Part shown: positions 12,754 through 25,349 of the stretch, one piece after another
Numbering within the stretch: position 1 is the stretch's first letter
Layout: each line of letters opens with the position of its first letter
Source: Raillietiella orientalis
Lineage: Eukaryota
Reading direction: 5' to 3'
Assembly: GCA_036172245.1 (NCBI GenBank)
Contig: JAYWIR010000008.1
Coordinates: forward strand, 2,666,001 to 2,730,000
DNA: 64,000 nt
Program-made: the position numbers and the translations under genes
Notes under the pieces: generated by a model
Database searches by the model: none
What the model saw: the letters and a program-made list of their open reading frames with translations, nothing else
Told to the model about the DNA's origin: nothing

Positions 12754-13530
12754 TGCCCGCGTCGGAGGCCGTGATGTGGCCGATGCTGTCTCCGCGCGCG
12801 GCACCGGATGTTGCGGGTTCGGATCCCGCCCGCGGAAGAAAGGATCGACGCCGAGAACGGAGGATGTCTCGTGAGTTCGAGTTCCTCCCGCAAGACGACG
12901 CTGGTTGGCTTGCATTCGGGTGCGGTGGCACTGGCGGAAGCAGCCGGGAACTCCCAGATGCCCCCGGTGACTGCCCTCCGGGATAAGAAGACCCTCTGGG
13001 GTTCTTCCAGGAGCCAAGGAGTCCTTCGTAATTCCCCTCCGGTCGGGAGAATATGGAGCCGCCCTCTGCACAGGGGAGACCCTTCATCTCGTACCATGGG
13101 GCTAGTTGCCTCAACAGAGTGCGAAGAAGCGTGCCGCTCCCTTCCAGGGAAATTGGGAAGCGTCCCTTCGGGGTTCTCTCCAGAGGAGGAAGAAAGAAGG
13201 GGTGACTCCTTTCTAGGGTCCCTCCGAAGAGGAAATTATGGGAACGTTTCTACAAACCGGGGGGTCCCTCCGGAGAGAACTAAGAAGAAAGGGGTTCCTT
13301 CGGGGTTCCCTTTGTAGACAACCAAGATGGAGGGTCTCCTTCGCGGTTCTTTGGCAAGCGTGATGGGAGCGGACCCCTTCCTACAGAGCTCCTTCCTGGA
13401 TCCACAGATTTCTGGATCCTCCGGGCTGACCCCTTCTAACTTGAAGAGTCACACGCACCCTCGGGTAGCGAGGGCAGTAATGCAGAGTTGCGCGAGTCCC
13501 TCCTGAGGAGGCGAGCGGTTCTACAGCACT
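12754..13530 (+). mobile_element. tRNA-headed SINE-like repeat, copy 2 (full length)
   Basis: B-box GGTTCGGATCC at 12816-12826, the same body, and the shared 3' block aacttgaagagtcacacgcaccctcggg...cctgaggaggcg..ggttct. Confidence 0.8.
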
Positions 13531-13589
13531 TGGCCGCTCTTGACGACCGTTGCCAGCCCAGGAGAATCTCCCACCCTGCACACAGGCTA

Positions 13590-14207
13590 ATGCTGGTTGG
13601 CCTTGGTGGCTTCGGGTGTGGCACTGGCGGAAACCGGATGCCCCCGCTGGATGGTCAGGGTTGCAAGTCGACCCCCGGGGTCCTTCCAGGAATCAAAGAT
13701 CCCGTATCCTTCCCTTCGGTTGTGAAAATATGGAGCTGCAGCATCTCGTACCATGGAGCTGGTTGATACCACCCACCTCTATAGAGTGTCAGAAAAGCGC
13801 TGCTCGCTTTGGGGAGCACCCGCCTGAGGAATTCGGAGGCGTCCCTTTATCGGTTCTCTTCAGAGGAGGAGGAAACAGGAAGCGAATCCTTTCCAGGGAG
13901 TCCCTCCGGAGAAGAAATTTCAAGAGCGGATCCTTTCCGGGTTCCTTTAGGAGGAGAAATGAGGAGTTCTTCCCCTTTCCGGGGGGTCCTTTTTTGGAGA
14001 GAATAAGGAAGAGGTTCCCTTCGGAGCTCCCTACCAAGCTTGAGAGGAATAGACTCTTTCCTCCGGAGCCCTTCCTGGATTCCTAGGTTGGTCCCCTCCA
14101 CGAGCACTCTCTATAACTTGAAGAGTTCCACGCACCATTGAGGGTGACGCGGACAGCGTCAAAGAGCTTTGAAGGTCCTTCCTGAGGAGGCGGATGGTTC
14201 TTTAGCG
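13590..14207 (+). mobile_element. SINE-like repeat, copy 3 (headless, tandem to copy 2)
   Basis: Starts at gctggttggcc..ttcgggtgtggcactggcggaa. The unit array at 13866-14082 is nearly identical to 10248-10460. Confidence 0.8.
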
Positions 14208-14413
14208 ACCCCCCCCCCCCCCCCCAAAAAAAAAAAAAACGTCTCGGGTCACCCTGCACGCACATCTTCATGGTCTCCCTCCATCTTTGCGAAGTGGTTC
14301 GCCATTTCTTGCATGTGATTGTTGCAGACTTCTGCTCCTTGAATTTCCCTTTTTCCTTCTGTCCCTTTTTGAAACTCGTTCTCTTTAGATGAAGACGCTC
14401 TTCCTTCGGTATT

Positions 14414-15517
14414 ATGACTGTCGATGGAAATAGGAGCTTTAGAAGATCCAACAGAAGCATTCGCCACGGATCCTCGCGTTCCTCCAGAATCAGCAGGTCC
14501 AACACGAGGAGGAAGATCAAGAACTGCTGCCGCAAAACGGCGGAGTTCATGTGCACGCAGGTCGGTGTCGGCGGCCTCGTGGTCAGCTACGCCATCTTCG
14601 GATCCTTCGTTTTCATGGAGCTGGAGGGTGAGAGGCCCCAGATTTTCGAGGACATTTCCAAGCTGCGCAACCTCACGCTTGAGAGGCTCTGGAACGTCAC
14701 GTACGAAGACAACATCCTCAACCAGAGGCACTGGGCCCGCGTCGTCAACGAGACCGTGATGCTGTACCAGGAGAGGATCGTCCAGGCGATCAAGGAGGGC
14801 TACGACCCCAAGCTGATAGAGCAGGACAGGATCTGGTCGTTCGCCGTGGCCCTGATGTTCTGCCTGTCCATCTTCACCATGATCGGCTACGGAAGGTACG
14901 TCCCCAAGACGGACTGGAGCAAAATAGCGACCATTATCTACGCCCTCTTCGGTATCCCTCTGTTCGTGCTGTACTTGCTCAACATGGGCAAGATCTTGGC
15001 CGGCACGTTCAAGTACTTCTACACCAAGATCTATTTCTGCCAGATAAGGCGCGGTCAGGACGCCAGGGGCCGCTTGGAAAAGCGCCTGGCTAACCACCTC
15101 AAGGAGGCGAACGCAGCGGACTGCTGCAGCTCCGAGGACGTGAATTCCCTCCCGGAAATCATCGTCCCTGCGTCGGCGTGCCTGTGGGTCATGATAGGCT
15201 ACGTCGTTGGGGCAACCATCCTGTTCGCGGAGTGGGAGGACTGGAGCTACCTGGACAGCACCTACTTCTGCGCGACATCCCTGCTGAAGATCGGCTTCGG
15301 GGACTTCGTGCCTGGCGCCACGGGCTACGGCAACAAGACGGAAAGCCAGACGAAGCTGGTCATAAACTTCATTTTCCTGCTGCTGGGCATGGGACTGATC
15401 GCCATGTGCTACAACCTGATGAAGGAGGAAGTGACGATAAAGACCAAGGTCGTGAGCGAATATCTCGAGGAGAACTTCCTGCTCTTTTGCAACAAACTGA
15501 GGTGTAAGCTTCCCTAG
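14414..15517 (+). CDS. Two-pore-domain (K2P, TWK-18-like) potassium channel with an intronless CDS
   Basis: 367-aa ORF with 4 TM segments and two pore loops: WSFAVALMFCLSIFTMIGYGRYVPKT and WSYLDSTYFCATSLLKIGFGDFVPG. GC-rich third codon positions. Confidence 0.95.
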   Translation: MTVDGNRSFRRSNRSIRHGSSRSSRISRSNTRRKIKNCCRKTAEFMCTQVGVGGLVVSYAIFGSFVFMELEGERPQIFEDISKLRNLTLERLWNVTYEDNILNQRHWARVVNETVMLYQERIVQAIKEGYDPKLIEQDRIWSFAVALMFCLSIFTMIGYGRYVPKTDWSKIATIIYALFGIPLFVLYLLNMGKILAGTFKYFYTKIYFCQIRRGQDARGRLEKRLANHLKEANAADCCSSEDVNSLPEIIVPASACLWVMIGYVVGATILFAEWEDWSYLDSTYFCATSLLKIGFGDFVPGATGYGNKTESQTKLVINFIFLLLGMGLIAMCYNLMKEEVTIKTKVVSEYLEENFLLFCNKLRCKLP

Positions 15518-18500
15518 CGAGGAGGAGCGTGGGTGCAAAGAATGAGGATGTTTCCCCTCCCCCTTCAGTTCTCCTCCCTTCCGCCCGCGTCCCACCGGTT
15601 GTGCAATTCCTTCAGCAGCAGCAGCAGCAGCAACAACAACAGAAGGGCCGGAAGACAAAAGCCGCCCGGCTGCCGGAATGAGGCAGCCCTCCTTTCCCAT
15701 GGAACACGGCAACGTTTCTCCCCGTAATCTTGATCGATCTTCTTGTCTCGATCTGAGATTGAAATATCACTCAAGACTTTCTCTGTTTGTTCGTTCGGAA
15801 TCGCACGGCTGGTCATTCTCTCGCTTGTGCATGCTCACGGGCGTGCTCAGCCGTGTCTCGTCACCACTGCTTGCTCGTTTTCCATTTCGCTGTGCCTCAG
15901 GCGACGGAATTTCGCAGCGATTTTATCAACGGGACCGCAGTATGCAGAACACTTTGCTACGTGCCCTGCAGGATACACCTCATTGTGTGACATGTCCTGC
16001 AGGATAAATAACATTTGTCCTGCACCCATATGGTTCCCTGACCGTGTCCAGAGAGGAAGGTTACCTTCCGATCCCTTTTTAAATCACATCCGTCCGCCGA
16101 CTATCTTCCGAATGCGATCCCGCCTGGGAGCCCCTCGAAGTGGGGCGGCTGCGCGACTGCCGCCCGTTGCGGCGGCAACCGGATTCCTCTGGTAGCGAAC
16201 TGCTTTTAGGGAGCCAGGGGGGAACGGGGAATCCTTCAGAAACCCGGGGCGGGCCCGATGACCGTGACCCTTCCTGCTCGGAGGGATCCATCTTCCAGAG
16301 TCCCTGCATCGCGCTGTTCCTGGCTGCCGCGAAGGAGCCACGCCGGCACGGCTGCTGCTCTCGCCGAGGGACGCCTTCCCTTCGCGACCTTCCTGGCGCT
16401 TCGTTTCTCATCGCCCCCGGGACGACCCACGCACCCGGGTCCGTGGCACGCAGCGCCTCGTGGACCCCCGGATGCTTCAGCTCGAGCCAGCCGAGCTCGG
16501 AACGCAGCCGGGCAGGCACCAGTAGGAGCACTGCTCCCTGGAGGCAAGCGAGGTCACCCTGTGACTCCGTCTGGCTTCCGTCTTCCCGATGGGCGCATCT
16601 GGTTCTAGCAAGTCGGATGTGGTCGGGGAGGGGGAGCCATCCCAAGCCCTCTGCATCGGTCGAAGGACGACTCATCCTGAGCGAGACTTCTTCGAGGTGG
16701 TCCAGAGAGGTCTCCTTCATTTCCCGAAACTTCCCGGAGGAAGTCCTCAGCGCGAGCTCCTCTCCTGGCCGGGGGAAGATACGGCCCCTGCTCCTCCCTC
16801 AAGGCAGGAGCTCGCGGCTTTTGCTTGCGCGAGCATGCAGGGTCACGACCTTAGAACGACCATCCCGCTGGAAGGCAACCTTGGAGCGGTGTCTCCAGTG
16901 GGTAATTGCCGGAAACCGACCCGCCGCCCCCAAAATCCTACACTGCCTCCCGAGAGGGACGAACAGTCACTCAGAACAAATGGATGGAGCTCCGCCCACG
17001 AGATCGCCCGGCCTCGGGCTGGGCGCATTGAAAGTCGGTCGCCCCTTCCGCCGAGCGTCATTCCTCCCATCCTTGTCAGAGCGGGGAGGGGAGGAAGGAA
17101 AAAAAAAAGGGGTGCGAACGATCGAAGGGGGAGTTTCCACAACCACCGTCTCTCCCCTCCCCTTCAACTCGCTTTTACGACAAGGCCGGAAGCTTCTCGA
17201 GGCTGCTGCTGGTGCTGCGGGCAACGTCCAGTGCTTCCGTTTGCGTCCTAGGAATGCGCCGCCTCTCCTGTGGCGCTCCCTGCCCGTGGCCTCCCAAAGA
17301 CCTCGGTCTCTCTCCCGCCTACGTCGCCGTCCGTCGCACCGCGGGGCACAGGTCGGCCCTCCTCCGTCTGACTCGCCTCTTCCAGGGCCGCTGCCGGAGA
17401 CGGACGCGGAGGCATCCAGCGGGACCATCTCCTTGCCTTCTCCTGAAGCTCCCTGTCCGGCTTCCGTGCGGCTCGCGAGGTCGGTGGACAACCTCGCGCT
17501 TCCAGCGCGCGTCCCATGGGTGCCGCGGCTCCGATGCCACCGTTCGTCCCACGGGGTGCCTCGAATCCCAGACCTGGTCGTTGCTCCCACGTTTTCCTAG
17601 ATCCCCCCACGGACCCAGGGGTGCCGCGACTCTCGCTCGTACCCCTCTGGTGGCAAAGCGAAGGAACGGTCGTCGCTATCCGTCTCTATTGGTTATGCCA
17701 CCGGACGAGCCACGGGGGCGGACGCCTCCCCGTTCCCTCCCTCCGCTCCAGAGCTCTGGGGCCCGGCCTCGGCTTCCGGCTCGTCGCGGAACAAGCCGCT
17801 TGAAGACTGTCCACTCGCAACGGGTCCCAGGGCCGCGGCGGCGGCCCTCCTGAACCGACGCCTCGTCGACTGAAGCCTCTGGGCGGCGACGCGCCTGCTG
17901 AAGATGCGGCACGGCAGTCCCTCCCGTCTTGCTCGCCTTCCTGGCAGGCGGCGCCTGGCAGACCCGGCAAACGGTGGCCTCATCGACCGTCGAAGAGAGC
18001 TGGAAGGACCCGGAGTTCGACTCCCATTGTGCCGACCACCCATCGGGGGCATCTGGTTTGAACTGCTACCAGTTCTGCACCCGAATAACCAGCGTTCATC
18101 TCGCAGGGGGAGCTCGAACCCACGAAGCACCCTTCTCTCTGCGTCGATTCCTGCTGAGTATTCGAACCCGCGACGTCTCTTGGCATGCCATGTGGAGACT
18201 CCAGCAGCCACATGGCCTCCGACGCGGGCGTGCTCTCGCCTCATTCTTTAGGCGGCGACGGGCGCCATTTTTGGAAAGCATTCGCAAGCAGAAGAGGGTT
18301 AGAGGGTCGGCGGAGCGGCGACGTTTTCCCCAGACCCTCCCCTAAGGTCGGATGACGTTCTGGAAGATTCCTCCCTCTCTCCCTGCACTACCAGAAGAAG
18401 TACCGTCTGTCCCCGGGGATTGGTCGCCGAAGTAGGTGCCGGAACGTGTGGAACGGGCGTCAAAAAAAAAAACCCTGCTCGAAGGGTGCGGAGGAGAGAC

Positions 18501-20699
18501 AGGGCGGAACTTTCCGAGGGGCCTAACCCGCGAAGGGACGGTGCGGATGCCCGCGTGGGTCTATCTTCCGCCTTCCCTTTCCGGCGGTCCCTCCCGTCTT
18601 CCTCGCCTTCCGAGAGGACGACCGGCGCCGTTCCTGGCGGGCGGCGCCCGACATACCCCCCAAACGCTGACCTCATAGAACGCCGAAGAGAGGGGGAACC
18701 TTGCCTGCGCTCTTGAGCATATTTTCACCCGTCTTACCAGCACTCCAAAGCCTCCACGCTCTACAGCTTGCGGATGCTCTGCCGCCCTCCCCCTCCTTCT
18801 CATGAAGACATGGAAGGGTGCCTGGGTCAACAGTTGACCTCCGCGACTCGGAGCCTTATCGACCGATGCGACCCTCTTCTGTCAAACGAACACCCCGAAG
18901 AAACCTAGGCCGGAGGTGTTCGCCGGGAAGTTCTCACAGCCCTCCCCAATTCATTAGGCGGGCGAGCCGGAGCTGTTGCTATTTATAGATTGGCATGGAT
19001 GAAGATTTATTTGTCTCCCACGTGGGTTGTTCTATTCCGGTATTGTTTAGCAACTCTTTTGGGTACTGCAGCTCCATTTTCCCCTCTTTTGGAACCCTCT
19101 CTCGTCTCGTCGCCTGCCGTCATCGCCGCCACGCATCCATCGCGCGCGGGATCCGTGGTGGTTCCCACGCTGCTTTCCCCAACCCCCCGAGATCTATTCT
19201 TAGGCCCTGGTTCGAATCCTGACCTCTTGTGCCCGCGATCACGTGGAGGTGTTCCGTCAGTCCGGCGCCTGCAGTGTGCTCGCCCTGCCCCGTGCCAGCG
19301 GGTGCTGCTCCTCCTCCTCTGCTGCCGGCAGTTCGGTTCCGAGCGTCCCCGGCCCTGCGCGCGAAGGCGGAGGAGAGACTCACAAGGAAGGGAAGGGAGG
19401 GATGTGTGCCCTTCCCGCGAGCGCGCGGAGGCTGCGAAGAGGAAGCAGCAGCGAACTGGCGCGCCCCTGTCGGCTTTGCGCTGGGACGCGGAACAGGGCG
19501 AGAAGCGGCTCTCTGGAGAGCGGGAGTCGCTTCCGGAATTCAGCAGGCTTGCCGGGTTCCACAAGCCCCCCTACTCTTCCGACTGGAAACGGCAAGGTTC
19601 AGGGACTCGCGGGAAGTGCTGCGGAGGTTCCTGAACGACTTCTCCTCCGGAGCCTTGCGGGCGCACCCCTTCTGCTCCCTCTGGGAAGGATCGGGTCTTT
19701 GAGCTTCCGGGAGAGCATTCCGTTCTGGGGACGGCGGGATCGGAGTGGAGCTGCAGGCGGAAAGAAATTAAGCGGAAGCTGCGCAACGCCCACACGGGTC
19801 TTTCGCTCCCTGCAGTCGGGAAGGGCATTCCCGCATCTCGGCCGCGAAGAGAGGCTCTTTGGCATTCCGCAAGCCTTCGTTCCCGCCACGGGCTCACGTC
19901 TCCAGACGCTTCGGCGCCGAAGAACCTTTCGATCTCGGCAGCGCAGCTTCGAGTCTTCGAACTCGTGAGCGGATCCGTTTCAGGGATGTGAGCCAGGGCT
20001 CAGTCCGGGTCGGATGGGAAGCTCCGTTCTACCGACCCCATCGCGAGGTTTCTCTCGAGAGACTTCCTGGCGACAGAGTGTTATGTTCGCGGGAAGGTGG
20101 CGAGCGTCCCTGGCGCACCGCCACCGCCGCACATCCGTCCGTTTTCGGCAGCTCCCCAAGCTGCTACATGGAGCAGGGTGCCATCAAAGGCAGGGGTCCA
20201 ATGTTTCCGGCGGCTGAGGGCCACTCTGAGTCCTCTGAATGAAGAGTAGAGGAATTCCGAACCAAACCCTAAAAGCCTTTTTACACTCTCGAAAATACAT
20301 GTTGGGAGGGTTTCGCATTCGTGACCCACGACGACTGACTTGGCTGTGTGAGACTCTGCTGACCGCGAGTGGTGAGGTCCCCCTGCTCGGGTGTCTCTGG
20401 ACGGATTGCATCCGGAGGAACAAATGGGTAGGGATGCGTGCAGGAAAGACGACGGAGAAGGACAAAGGGGAGGAAGAAAAAAATGGACTCGACGGGACGT
20501 TTGATTTTCGTGAAGATTTTGGAATCGATCAGTCACTGGATTCTCGTCCCTTTCGTCACTTAACGGAAAGACTAAGCCTCTCCCATTTGACAAAGACACG
20601 GAAGAGGGAAGCTCGCGGCAGGGAGGTCCGCAGACGGCTTTCCAGGAGGTAACGAGGATGGTTCCATTTGAGGGTAGTCGAAAGGAGGCTAAAGAAGCT

Positions 20700-22150
20700 T
20701 GGAGGCAAGAAGACGCTTTCGAGGCGGAGACTGAACGACGCCACTGTTGGAGTGGTTATAAGAATCGGATGGACAACTCTGTCTCTAGTCATGGTCCTCA
20801 CTTGGACTGAGTCCACGGTGACATGGTTTCCGATCCATGTTTGATACGGGGGAGGACTTCCTGATTCAAGAGATATCTTTGGGTATTTGGCCGAAGATGC
20901 TGAGTCTCCGATACGGAAACAGGTTTGCATGGATGACGGGAGAGCACATAGACTGGTCTCGGTATACTCTGGCGACATAGGTCATCTGCTTGATATCAAT
21001 TTCTGCTTGAATCCGGTGTTCTTGCATGGCTCAAAATTGGAACGATAAACGACCCAGGCAAATGACATGAATGCCATCGGTGCAAGAGGAAGGTACTGCG
21101 TAGCTTCCTGGCTCAGGAAATGAAGGGAATGAATACTGGATGCGAGCGCCTCTGTTCTTATCACAATACTGGAACTTGCTTCATGGCTGGTGTCGACGGT
21201 GATGCTTGGAAAATCGAAACGCCAGTTCTCGATGACCGACCTTTCGACCTGGGTCTTGGCGTTTCGTGCTTTCAGAAACACTTCCCCCTTCCCGCCGCCT
21301 CTTGCCTGTGCATAACCCATCTTCCCAGGGAACGGAAAACCACTTGCTCTTGCTCAGTACGTGACGTACCCCGAGATTTTCTTGTTCTCTGGTACCCACG
21401 AGAGAGCTCCCGAGGCAGCCGCCCCCTCCGTAAACTGAGACAGCATAAGGGCCCTGTGGGAATGCGGGTTTGCAGGGTTCACATAAATGCTGGCTGACCC
21501 CATTTTCCGGATTGCCTGCTCCAAGAGATTCTAAGATACGATCGTGCAGCAACCAAGGCAGCAGTCACGATGCTCTGATCGCCACATCATGAAGTTTGCT
21601 CGTTTATTTGCATTCCGATAACTCGAAACGCAATCATCGCAAAGCAATCGCTGTTACACCCGGAAATGGCTTCTTCAGGCGGAACCAGCCATACGTGGAA
21701 CCGTCGCAGGTCAGAAAATCGACTGGCCAGAAAATTAAACACGATATTAACACATGCCATTTCCAAGAGCATACGATACGACTGAAACGAAGCGACCTCG
21801 AAATCATGGCAAACAGTCATCATCAAGCAATACTCAGGAACAAAAAACCGTGACTTTCGGCAGTGGGGTTTGGTTGCTGCGAGTCTCTGCAATAAATAAG
21901 GCCTTCCTCGCGAGCGGCGGTACATTTTCAGAAGAGTGACACCAGCTCCGTAATGGGGCTTCGTTAATACTAAGGATCCAAAGGAGGAGCTGAATCTTAA
22001 ACGCCCTTCGGATTCTGCACGGCACGTTGGACCACAGAGCACACGAAATGAGGAATCGAAAAACGATTGCACATCCGTCCATCCGCCCCCGCCGACGGAC
22101 GTGGACAGGCAGGAAAAGGCGTCAGTTCTGCTCACAATACTTTCACGTGA
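20700..22150 (-). mobile_element. Decayed LINE reverse transcriptase/thumb
   Basis: Collinear remnants VCHDFEVASFQ..IVFNFLAS, ENLGV and IQAEIDIKQMTYVARV, with many stops and frameshifts. Confidence 0.4.
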
Positions 22151-22538
22151 AATATGGCCACTCTGTGTAATCGAAATGGAATTCAATTCCCACTCTGGAA
22201 GATCTGAGGTGACTCGTTCTCAGGTCCGGAAGTTGCGCTTTGCAGCAAATTGATTTCCATCAGTTGCGTACATATCTACATTGTGTTGTTTGTTTTCACG
22301 ATTTCTTAATCTGTGCCCTAAACACCGCTTGGAAACTGCTTATCTAAGGAAAGAATTAAAAATAATCGCACGTGTCCAACGACGTTGCGCAAGTAATTTT
22401 TTTTTTTTTTTTAGGAAAAATACTTCAATTATGCATAGAAAATAATTTATCCATTTATCCTCTTCTATAAAAATCACAATGTACAAAAACACCAAACATG
22501 GCAAAACATTTGGCACTTGAATTTAAACTGCATACGCA

Positions 22539-24347
22539 TCAAATCACTGTTTCCGAATTACTGGCACTTAATTTGGTATATCTTTTTGGAGCATTCACTG
22601 TATTTCGAGATCTGGATATAGTCACTACAGGACTATGGGGATAACTTAAAAAATCATTAGAAACTGGCGCAGTTATAACATATGGCCTGAATCCATGAAA
22701 ATTTGAATAACCTGAAAGGGCACTTTTACTACGAACACTTGAATCAGAATGTTCAGCAAATACAGAATTTGGTCTGTAATCATGGAAAGTAGCATTGGCA
22801 TGATTTGGGAAATGCCTCAACGAATCTTTTGGATTAAATGACGGCATCTGATAAGAGTCAAAGGATGTTGAACTGTCAAGATCACGTTCCATCAAGTGCA
22901 TAATGGGATTGACATAGCTTTGTCGAGATTGCGTGCTATTGCGCTTACTTCCATATGACCTGGTGGAAGTTCGCGACAAACTCCTCTGCTTTGGACGATG
23001 TGCCATCACATGTCTAGTTCCACCAGTGCTTGCTTTCTTTGGAGGGATAGTATCATTATCATGTGGAACACTAAGTTCAATAGAGTACAAGGAAGTATCA
23101 CAACTTTTGGGACCAGCTAAAACAGAAAAAAATTGTGTAGTCCCAAGGTCTGCATCCCTTTTTTCCCTCACAAAATGCAGGGTCATTTCTTGAAATAAAA
23201 AGTAAATAACCACAACACAGTACATGTAAACTGGGATAATTATGATAAGCAAGTTTGCAACAAAGAGTTAAAAGAAAATTCGAGAGGGAATAATAATTCT
23301 GGATGTGGACTAGACATACCTGCTCTCACATGAGAATCATAATACCACCAGAACAGAAAGGCAAGAAGAGAGGAACAAACCTAGTAATTGATTTGACATT
23401 ACACATTGTACATCTCTTCAAGCTGTTACTTACACTAAGGCCACACTGGCTTCCAGCATGTGCAACCTCTACAACAGTGTAGCTTACAACACATTCATCA
23501 ACTCTAATAGGTTTCAAAGGATGGCTAACGTCTACATTGGTGATGTTCATAGAGTACACAGGATTACACCCAGGACCATTTATTAACCACCAAGAAAAGG
23601 ATCCTGTACCCAGTGCCAAGAAGTCTTGTTCCTTTAATCAAAAGATGATATGCATGGTGAGGATACAAGCTGCTACCAGATAACTTGCCTGGCTCAAAAC
23701 CCCAACCTCAAGGTACCAGCAAAGAATAAAAGCATTCCAAACAATCCACAGAATATTCCAAATGAAGAACTTGAAAAAAAAAAAGAAAACATTTAGCATA
23801 TCAAAACAAGCAACAAATTAAATGAAAAGCTGCATTTGCATCTGCAAATGAAATACTTACTGCTAATATGTAACTTTGCTTACAATACACAACTCCAAAA
23901 AGTCCAAGAATTAAAAAAACGAGATTAAAAAAATTTCCCAGGATAGGTAACCACATATATCCTAGGAAATCGAATACTTGTTTCTCTGCTGTGATGAGCT
24001 GCAAATATTTAATTGTGGATTTTATTAATCATATTTACATCGAAGACGAAACTTAAATTTTATACTTAAATCACATGACAGTTAATTTCTAATCAGCACT
24101 AACGCATATACTAATAATTGAAACTACTTTTCTAGCAATGAAAATGGTTAAAATGATCAATAAAACATGAAATCTGACTCATTGGTAGATACTTAAAAAC
24201 TTTACAAACAGGGACAAATATAAAAATTCACTACAGTCCAATTTATATACAGATACTAGTAATGAATGGGAATAAGTATCTCACCAGCTGAACAACGATA
24301 ACCAAGGCATGTAAGACTCTGATTTGCTTGAATGTTAAACAAGCCAT
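22539..24347 (-). CDS. NKAIN: Na+/K+-ATPase beta-subunit-interacting protein
   Basis: Exons 24347-24285, 23998-23861, 23769-23689, 23631-23434, 23380-23320, 23116-22539, all in phase. Motifs [54 protein letters not shown] and LYSIELS. The last acceptor could instead be near 23188. Confidence 0.92.
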
Positions 24348-25349
24348 ACATTATCATCCAAAGTTGTTTTTGTTTTCAAAAATCTTAGCAATTCTAAGAT
24401 GTAAGAAATCAAAGAGAAAACGACACCTCAATGAATAGGCATCGTCCACTAATGTCCGGGCAACTGCACTTGCTGTGTTGACATTCCTCGAGGAACTCTC
24501 CTGACTCCCGAAAATGATTAATTTCCAGCACAAGTGAACGCATGTATTTTAGCACATGAACTCCCCACGAGGAACCCACATGATCCAGTCAGTTCCATGG
24601 CACCCGATCATTAAAAAACGGTCATCCGCTCTACATTGCCTGGTATCCAAACAACGCATTCAAAACCCCTCTGCGGGAACACAAAGGTGGTGATCGCACA
24701 TGCACAGTTTTGCCAAGGTTTCGAAAACGAACCATAATTTAGATACGCCTATGTGAGTAGTAAAATCACACATCCGATCCCACACATACAAAAAAACAAC
24801 GTATTGAACCTGATACGTTCATTTCGTGCTGCACTACATGTCCGTGATTAAATACAAGAGCATTACTTTCTGCTTATTCCAACGGAAAAGGCACCTATTG
24901 AATATTGCGTAACCCAACAAAGTCTTCCACGGAAATTGAGGCGCCAGGCTTTGAGGAATTTGATATCGGGGATGCTACTATCATGCACGTGATGCCAGCG
25001 GATCCGATGGCTACTGAAATACTACGGATGAAAAATGGTTAAAATTGAAGCTTGCTGGCAACTGAGACAAAACACTGCATTCTGAGATTGTTCTCGGTCC
25101 GTCAACATGGAATTCATGCTTCGGTGAGCCACAAATCAAGCAACTGACTTTAGCATTATGCAACTTGTTTTTTTTTTTCACTCTCAAGTGCAATAACTTA
25201 TGCAAGCCAGATACGTAAGTATGTCGATCAGCAAAAGCTTAACGGAATGATAGAAAATTTGAGTCGTTTTCACACTTCATTTTGTACTCTGTACTTTTTG
25301 TGTACTTCAAGGTGCTCAAGATTGCGCATCGGTTGGAAGTCGATCCTTC

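Noticed and set aside
14249..15712. 487-aa ORF antisense to the K2P gene
   Set aside because: A shadow ORF caused by the GC3 bias of the sense gene.
16140..17600. 486-aa plus-strand ORF, and similar long ORFs such as 10523-11572, 3806-4825, 49178-50293 and 54916-55812
   Set aside because: R/P/S/G/A-rich with no domain motifs. Such open frames are expected in GC-rich decayed repeat DNA.
19185..19225. tRNA gene (taggccctggttcgaatcc), and a similar B-box at about 52970
   Set aside because: Only a T-arm/B-box-like segment is present, with no acceptor stem, D arm or anticodon arm.
21151..21163. TCTGTTCTTATCA, a 13-nt match to the U2 snRNA segment at the Utopia/Keno insertion site
   Set aside because: The match does not extend and is not adjacent to an element 3' end, so it is probably chance.
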